Shown here in pieces: positions 61,009 to 64,000 of a stretch of DNA of 64,000 nt (positions are counted from its first letter, which is position 1; every line of letters begins with the position of its first letter). The position numbers and the translations under genes are program-made. The notes under the pieces were generated by a model. That model did no database searches. It was given only the letters and a program-made list of their open reading frames with translations, and was not told where the DNA came from. The stretch lies in assembly GCA_031460175.1 (NCBI GenBank), contig JAVKGW010000001.1, positions 469,738-533,737 of the forward strand, read 5' to 3'. The DNA is from Candidatus Sysuimicrobium tengchongense. GTDB taxonomy: Bacteria; Sysuimicrobiota; Sysuimicrobiia; Sysuimicrobiales; Sysuimicrobiaceae.

Positions 61009-61654
61009 GCCCCTTGCGGATGGCGAACCGCACCAGCTCCGTCCGGTCGTGGAGGTTCAGCTTTTCCATGATGTGGGCGCGGTGGGTCTGCACGGTCTTC
61101 ACGCTGATGTACAGGCGCTGCGCGATCTCCTGATTCGTGAGGCCCTCCGCGATGAGGCTCAAGATCTCCTTCTCCCGGGGTGTGAGGGTCTCCAGGGAGG
61201 CGTCGTCCTCCTGATGCCGGGCCCGTTCCAGGTAGTCCCGGACCACCAGCTTCGCCACAGAGGGGTACAGGAACACCTCCCCCCGGGCCGCGGCGCGCAC
61301 CGCGGCCACCAGGTCCTCCGCCGCGGCCCGCTTGAGAACGTAGCCCGCGCCGCCCGCCCGGAGCATCTGGAAGACGTAGTTCTCCTCCTCGTGCATGGTG
61401 AGCCCCAACACCTGCACGGAGGGCATCTCCTCCCGGATCCGCCGGGTGGCCTCGATGCCGTTCAGGTCCGGCATGCTGATGTCCATGAGCACCACGTCCG
61501 GCTGCATCCTCCGGGCCAGCTCCACCGCCTCCCGTCCGGTGCCCGCCTCCCCCACCACCTCGATGTCCTCCTGGGCCGCGAGGATCATGCGGATGCCCTC
61601 CCGCACAATTCCGTGGTCGTCCGCGATGAGGACGCGGATTTTCTGCCCCGGCAT
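60995..61654 (-). CDS. NarL/FixJ-family response regulator (REC + LuxR HTH)
   Basis: VLIADDH, DVVLMDISMPDLNG, LGLTMH, KRAAAEDL. C-terminus LTPREKEILSLIAEGLTNQEIAQRLYISVKTVQTHRAHIMEKL. Confidence 0.9.
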   Translation of the reverse strand: MPGQKIRVLIADDHGIVREGIRMILAAQEDIEVVGEAGTGREAVELARRMQPDVVLMDISMPDLNGIEATRRIREEMPSVQVLGLTMHEEENYVFQMLRAGGAGYVLKRAAAEDLVAAVRAAARGEVFLYPSVAKLVVRDYLERARHQEDDASLETLTPREKEILSLIAEGLTNQEIAQRLYISVKTVQTHRAHIMEKLNLHDRTELVRFAIRKGLIEP

Positions 61655-61784
61655 GGAAGTCCGGCCTCCCGGCTTGATTTTTCTTTTTTATTTTATCCGT
61701 TCAAAGCCCGACCCGCATCGGTCCCCCGTCCGATCGCGCGAAGTCCAGAAGGGTTCCACGCTGAGGATGGGAGAGGTTTGGAAG

Positions 61785-62396
61785 ATGGAGCGGATCGTGG
61801 GAGTCCTTCCGGTTCTGAACATCCGATGGCACGGGCGGGGTGGGTTCGGGGCCAAGACCGCGGCGTTGCTGCTGGCGGAGGCGGTGATCGAGGCGGGAGG
61901 CCACGCCCAGGCTGCCCCGGAGTTCGGACCCGAGCGGCGGGGGGCACCTGTACAGGCCTACACCCGCATCGCTCCCCATCCGATCCGGCGTCGGGGTCCT
62001 GTGGAGGAGCCGGATGTGGTGGTGGTGCTGGATCACCGGTTGCTGAGGGTGCCGGAGGTGTTGCGGGGGACCCGGCCGAGCACGTGGGTGGTGGTGAACG
62101 CGCCGCGGCCCGTGCGGGTACCCGGGGTTCCCGCGGAGCAGATGCTGACCGTGGACGCTTCGGGGATCGCCCGGCGCGTCCTGGGTCGGGATCTGCCGAA
62201 CATGGCCATGCTGGCCGCGGTGGCGGTGGACCTGGTGGGCCTTCCCGGGGAGGCGTTCTGCCGGTGGCTGTTGGAGCGGCTGCGCCGGGAGTTTCCGGAG
62301 GAGCTGGCCCAGGCCAACGTCCGGATCGCCCGGGAGGCCATCGAGGAGGGAAGGAAGTGGCGGCCCGTTGGCAGGCCCTTGAGCGCGGCCCGGTGA
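61785..62396 (+). CDS. porC: 2-oxoacid (pyruvate):ferredoxin oxidoreductase gamma subunit
   Basis: IRWHGRGGFGAKTAALLLAEAVIEAGGHAQAAPEFGPERRGAPV is the POR gamma signature. An alternative ATG lies at 61767. Confidence 0.85.
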   Translation: MERIVGVLPVLNIRWHGRGGFGAKTAALLLAEAVIEAGGHAQAAPEFGPERRGAPVQAYTRIAPHPIRRRGPVEEPDVVVVLDHRLLRVPEVLRGTRPSTWVVVNAPRPVRVPGVPAEQMLTVDASGIARRVLGRDLPNMAMLAAVAVDLVGLPGEAFCRWLLERLRREFPEELAQANVRIAREAIEEGRKWRPVGRPLSAAR

Positions 62397-62641
62397 TCCC
62401 CGGCGGGAGCAGCGTGGCCTACCGGACCGGCGACTGGCGGCAGGAGCGGCCCGTGCTGGATCTGGAGCGGTGTGTCCATTGCCTGTTCTGCTGGCTCTAT
62501 TGCCCGGACTCCGCGGTCCTCGTGCGGGACGGACGGGTGGTGGGCATCGACTACGATCACTGCAAGGGGTGCGGGATCTGCGCCGCGGTCTGCCCGCCGA
62601 AGGCAGGGGCCATCCACATGGTACCGGAGGGAGAGCCATGA
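62357..62641 (+). CDS. porD: 2-oxoacid:ferredoxin oxidoreductase delta subunit (2x[4Fe-4S] ferredoxin)
   Basis: CVHCLFCWLYCP and CKGCGICAAVCP motifs. GTG 62357 overlaps the porC end. Read from the frame of track ORF 60716-62641. Confidence 0.8.
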   Translation: MAARWQALERGPVIPGGSSVAYRTGDWRQERPVLDLERCVHCLFCWLYCPDSAVLVRDGRVVGIDYDHCKGCGICAAVCPPKAGAIHMVPEGEP

Positions 62642-63828
62642 AGACGGTGGCGACGCGGAGGGTGGCCCTCACGGGCAACGAGGCGGTGGCCCTGGCGTGG
62701 AAGCAGATCCGCCCGCATGTGGTGGCCGCCTACCCCATCACGCCGGCCACCCAGATCGTGGAGCGCTTCAGCCAGTACGTGGCGGACGGGGAGGTGGACA
62801 CGGAGTTCATCCCTGTGGAGAGCGAGCACTCCGCCCTCTCCGCGTGCGTGGGCGCCGCGGCCGCGGGTGCCCGGGTGCTCACGGCCACCGCATCCCAGGG
62901 GCTTGCCCTCATGCACGAGATCCTGTACGTGGCCAGCGGCCTGCGGCTTCCCATCGTCATGAACGTGGGCACCCGGGCGCTCTCCGCTCCCATCAACATC
63001 CACGGCGACCACTCGGACGTCATGGGCTCCCGGGATGCGGGCTGGGTGCAGATGTTCGCCCGCACCGTGCAGGAGGCCTACGACCGGACGATCCTCGCGG
63101 TACGGGTGGCGGAGCGGGCGCGGCTCCCGGTGATGGTGTGCCTCGATGGCTTCACCCTCACCCACAGCCTGGAGCCCGTGGAGGTGTACCCCGACGAGGC
63201 GGTGCAGGCCTTTTTGGGCGAGGGCCCCCGAGACGGTTCCTCCCTGCTCGGGGAAGAGCCGATCACCGTCGGGCCCCTTGCCCTCCCGGATTCGTACATG
63301 GAGTTCCGGAGGGCCCTGGCGGAAGCACACGCGCGGGCCCTCCGCATCCTGGAGGAGGAGACCGAGGCCTTCCACGTCCACTTCGGTCGCGATCTCCCGG
63401 CCCTCCTGGAGCCCTTCGGGATGGAGGACGCGGAGGAGTCCGTGGTGATCCTGGGGGCGTATGCGGATGTGGTGGAGGAGGCGGTCCGGCGGTGGCGCGA
63501 GCGCGGCAGGCGGCTCGGCATGGTGCGGCTGGTGGTCTTCCGCCCCTTCCCCGCGGAGGAACTCCGGAGGGTCCTGGCCCGGACTTCGGAGGTGGTGGTG
63601 CTGGAGCGGGCGGACACCCTGAGCGGGCTGGGAGGGCCGCTGGCGGTGGAGGTCCGGGCGGCCCTGTACGACCTGGCCGAGCGGCCGCGTCTGACGGACG
63701 CCATCTTCGGACTGGGCGGCCGGGAGTTGCGGGATGCGGAGCTCGATGCGTTCCTGGAGGCGGGTCCGCGAGGGAGGGTGGTGTACCTGGGGTTGAAGGA
63801 GGCAGGAGATGTCCCTGAACCTGCGTGA
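62638..63828 (+). CDS. porA: 2-oxoacid:ferredoxin oxidoreductase alpha subunit
   Basis: LTGNEAVALAWKQIRPHVVAAYPITPATQIVE, ESEHSALSACVGAAAAGARV. ATGA overlap with porD (62638-62641). Confidence 0.9.
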   Translation: MKTVATRRVALTGNEAVALAWKQIRPHVVAAYPITPATQIVERFSQYVADGEVDTEFIPVESEHSALSACVGAAAAGARVLTATASQGLALMHEILYVASGLRLPIVMNVGTRALSAPINIHGDHSDVMGSRDAGWVQMFARTVQEAYDRTILAVRVAERARLPVMVCLDGFTLTHSLEPVEVYPDEAVQAFLGEGPRDGSSLLGEEPITVGPLALPDSYMEFRRALAEAHARALRILEEETEAFHVHFGRDLPALLEPFGMEDAEESVVILGAYADVVEEAVRRWRERGRRLGMVRLVVFRPFPAEELRRVLARTSEVVVLERADTLSGLGGPLAVEVRAALYDLAERPRLTDAIFGLGGRELRDAELDAFLEAGPRGRVVYLGLKEAGDVPEPA

Positions 63829-64000
63829 GCTCTCCCAGCGGACCCAGGGCCTCGCGCCCGGGCACCGGGCGTGTGCAGGGTGCGGCTTTCCGCCCGTGGT
63901 GCGGCTGTTGCTGGCGGTGGCGGAGCGGCCGGTGGTGGTGGTGAACGCCACGGGGTGCATGGAGGTGGTGACCACCATCTACCCGTACTCCGCGTGGCCC
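63809..64000 (+). CDS. porB: 2-oxoacid:ferredoxin oxidoreductase beta subunit (TPP-binding), 5' part only
   Basis: Own translation: MSLNLRELSQRTQGLAPGHRACAGCGFPPVVRLLL...ATGCMEV is the typical PorB N-terminus. Runs off the window. Confidence 0.8.
   Translation, partial: MSLNLRELSQRTQGLAPGHRACAGCGFPPVVRLLLAVAERPVVVVNATGCMEVVTTIYPYSAWP

Noticed and set aside
61664-61700. Canonical sigma-70 promoter for the por operon in the AT-rich stretch TTGATTTTTCTTTTTTATTTTATCC.
   Set aside because: A TTGATT -35-like hexamer is present, but no -10 hexamer lies at a 16-18-nt spacing. The region is probably a promoter, but I cannot place its elements.

Overview
Very GC-rich bacterial chromosomal segment with strong GGAGG-type ribosome-binding sites, many 4-bp start/stop overlaps and R/E/L/V-rich, thermophile-like proteins. 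I cannot assign a taxon by eye. Because of the GC content, almost every real gene is shadowed by long spurious ORFs in other frames, so calls rest on recognisable protein motifs, RBS placement and gene spacing. In order, the window contains: (1) housekeeping genes (coaB fragment, GT2, queG), a HEPN/MNT toxin-antitoxin pair and hsp20. (2) A Dpp/Opp-type ABC importer that lacks ATPase genes and is followed by a degenerate tRNA-Ser 5' half. (3) An intact tRNA-Ser(UGA) whose 3' 55 bp is repeated perfectly 15.8 kb downstream. The two copies bracket an integrase-less genomic island (11040-26824) with IS3 and IS110 debris at its two ends. The island carries an ECF sigma factor, a DUF4258 / S1-protease / OB-fold operon, and a tightly packed four-gene operon: a 1204-aa helical-repeat protein, a ZAS-type anti-sigma/TPR protein, a secreted Cys-containing protein and a 1361-aa DUF4011 SF1 helicase fused to a Vsr-like nuclease. 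This operon is my best candidate for an undescribed, possibly anti-MGE, system. (4) A stress/dormancy-like cluster of five CBS-domain genes (four with BON), a GNAT/ADP-forming acyl-CoA synthetase fusion, a tandem USP and a GAF histidine kinase, including a 641-bp near-identical direct duplication. (5) A sulfide:quinone-oxidoreductase module. (6) A STAND/LuxR regulator, DinB and a ClC channel. (7) A nitrosative-stress locus with qNOR, an NnrS-like protein, hemerythrins, Fe-S repair genes and a Crp/Fnr regulator with a perfect TTGCG-N4-CGCAA box. (8) Glutamate dehydrogenase, cupredoxins, an extradiol dioxygenase, response regulators and a four-subunit 2-oxoacid:ferredoxin oxidoreductase that runs off the 3' end. 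All family assignments come from motif recognition by eye. None is a database hit.
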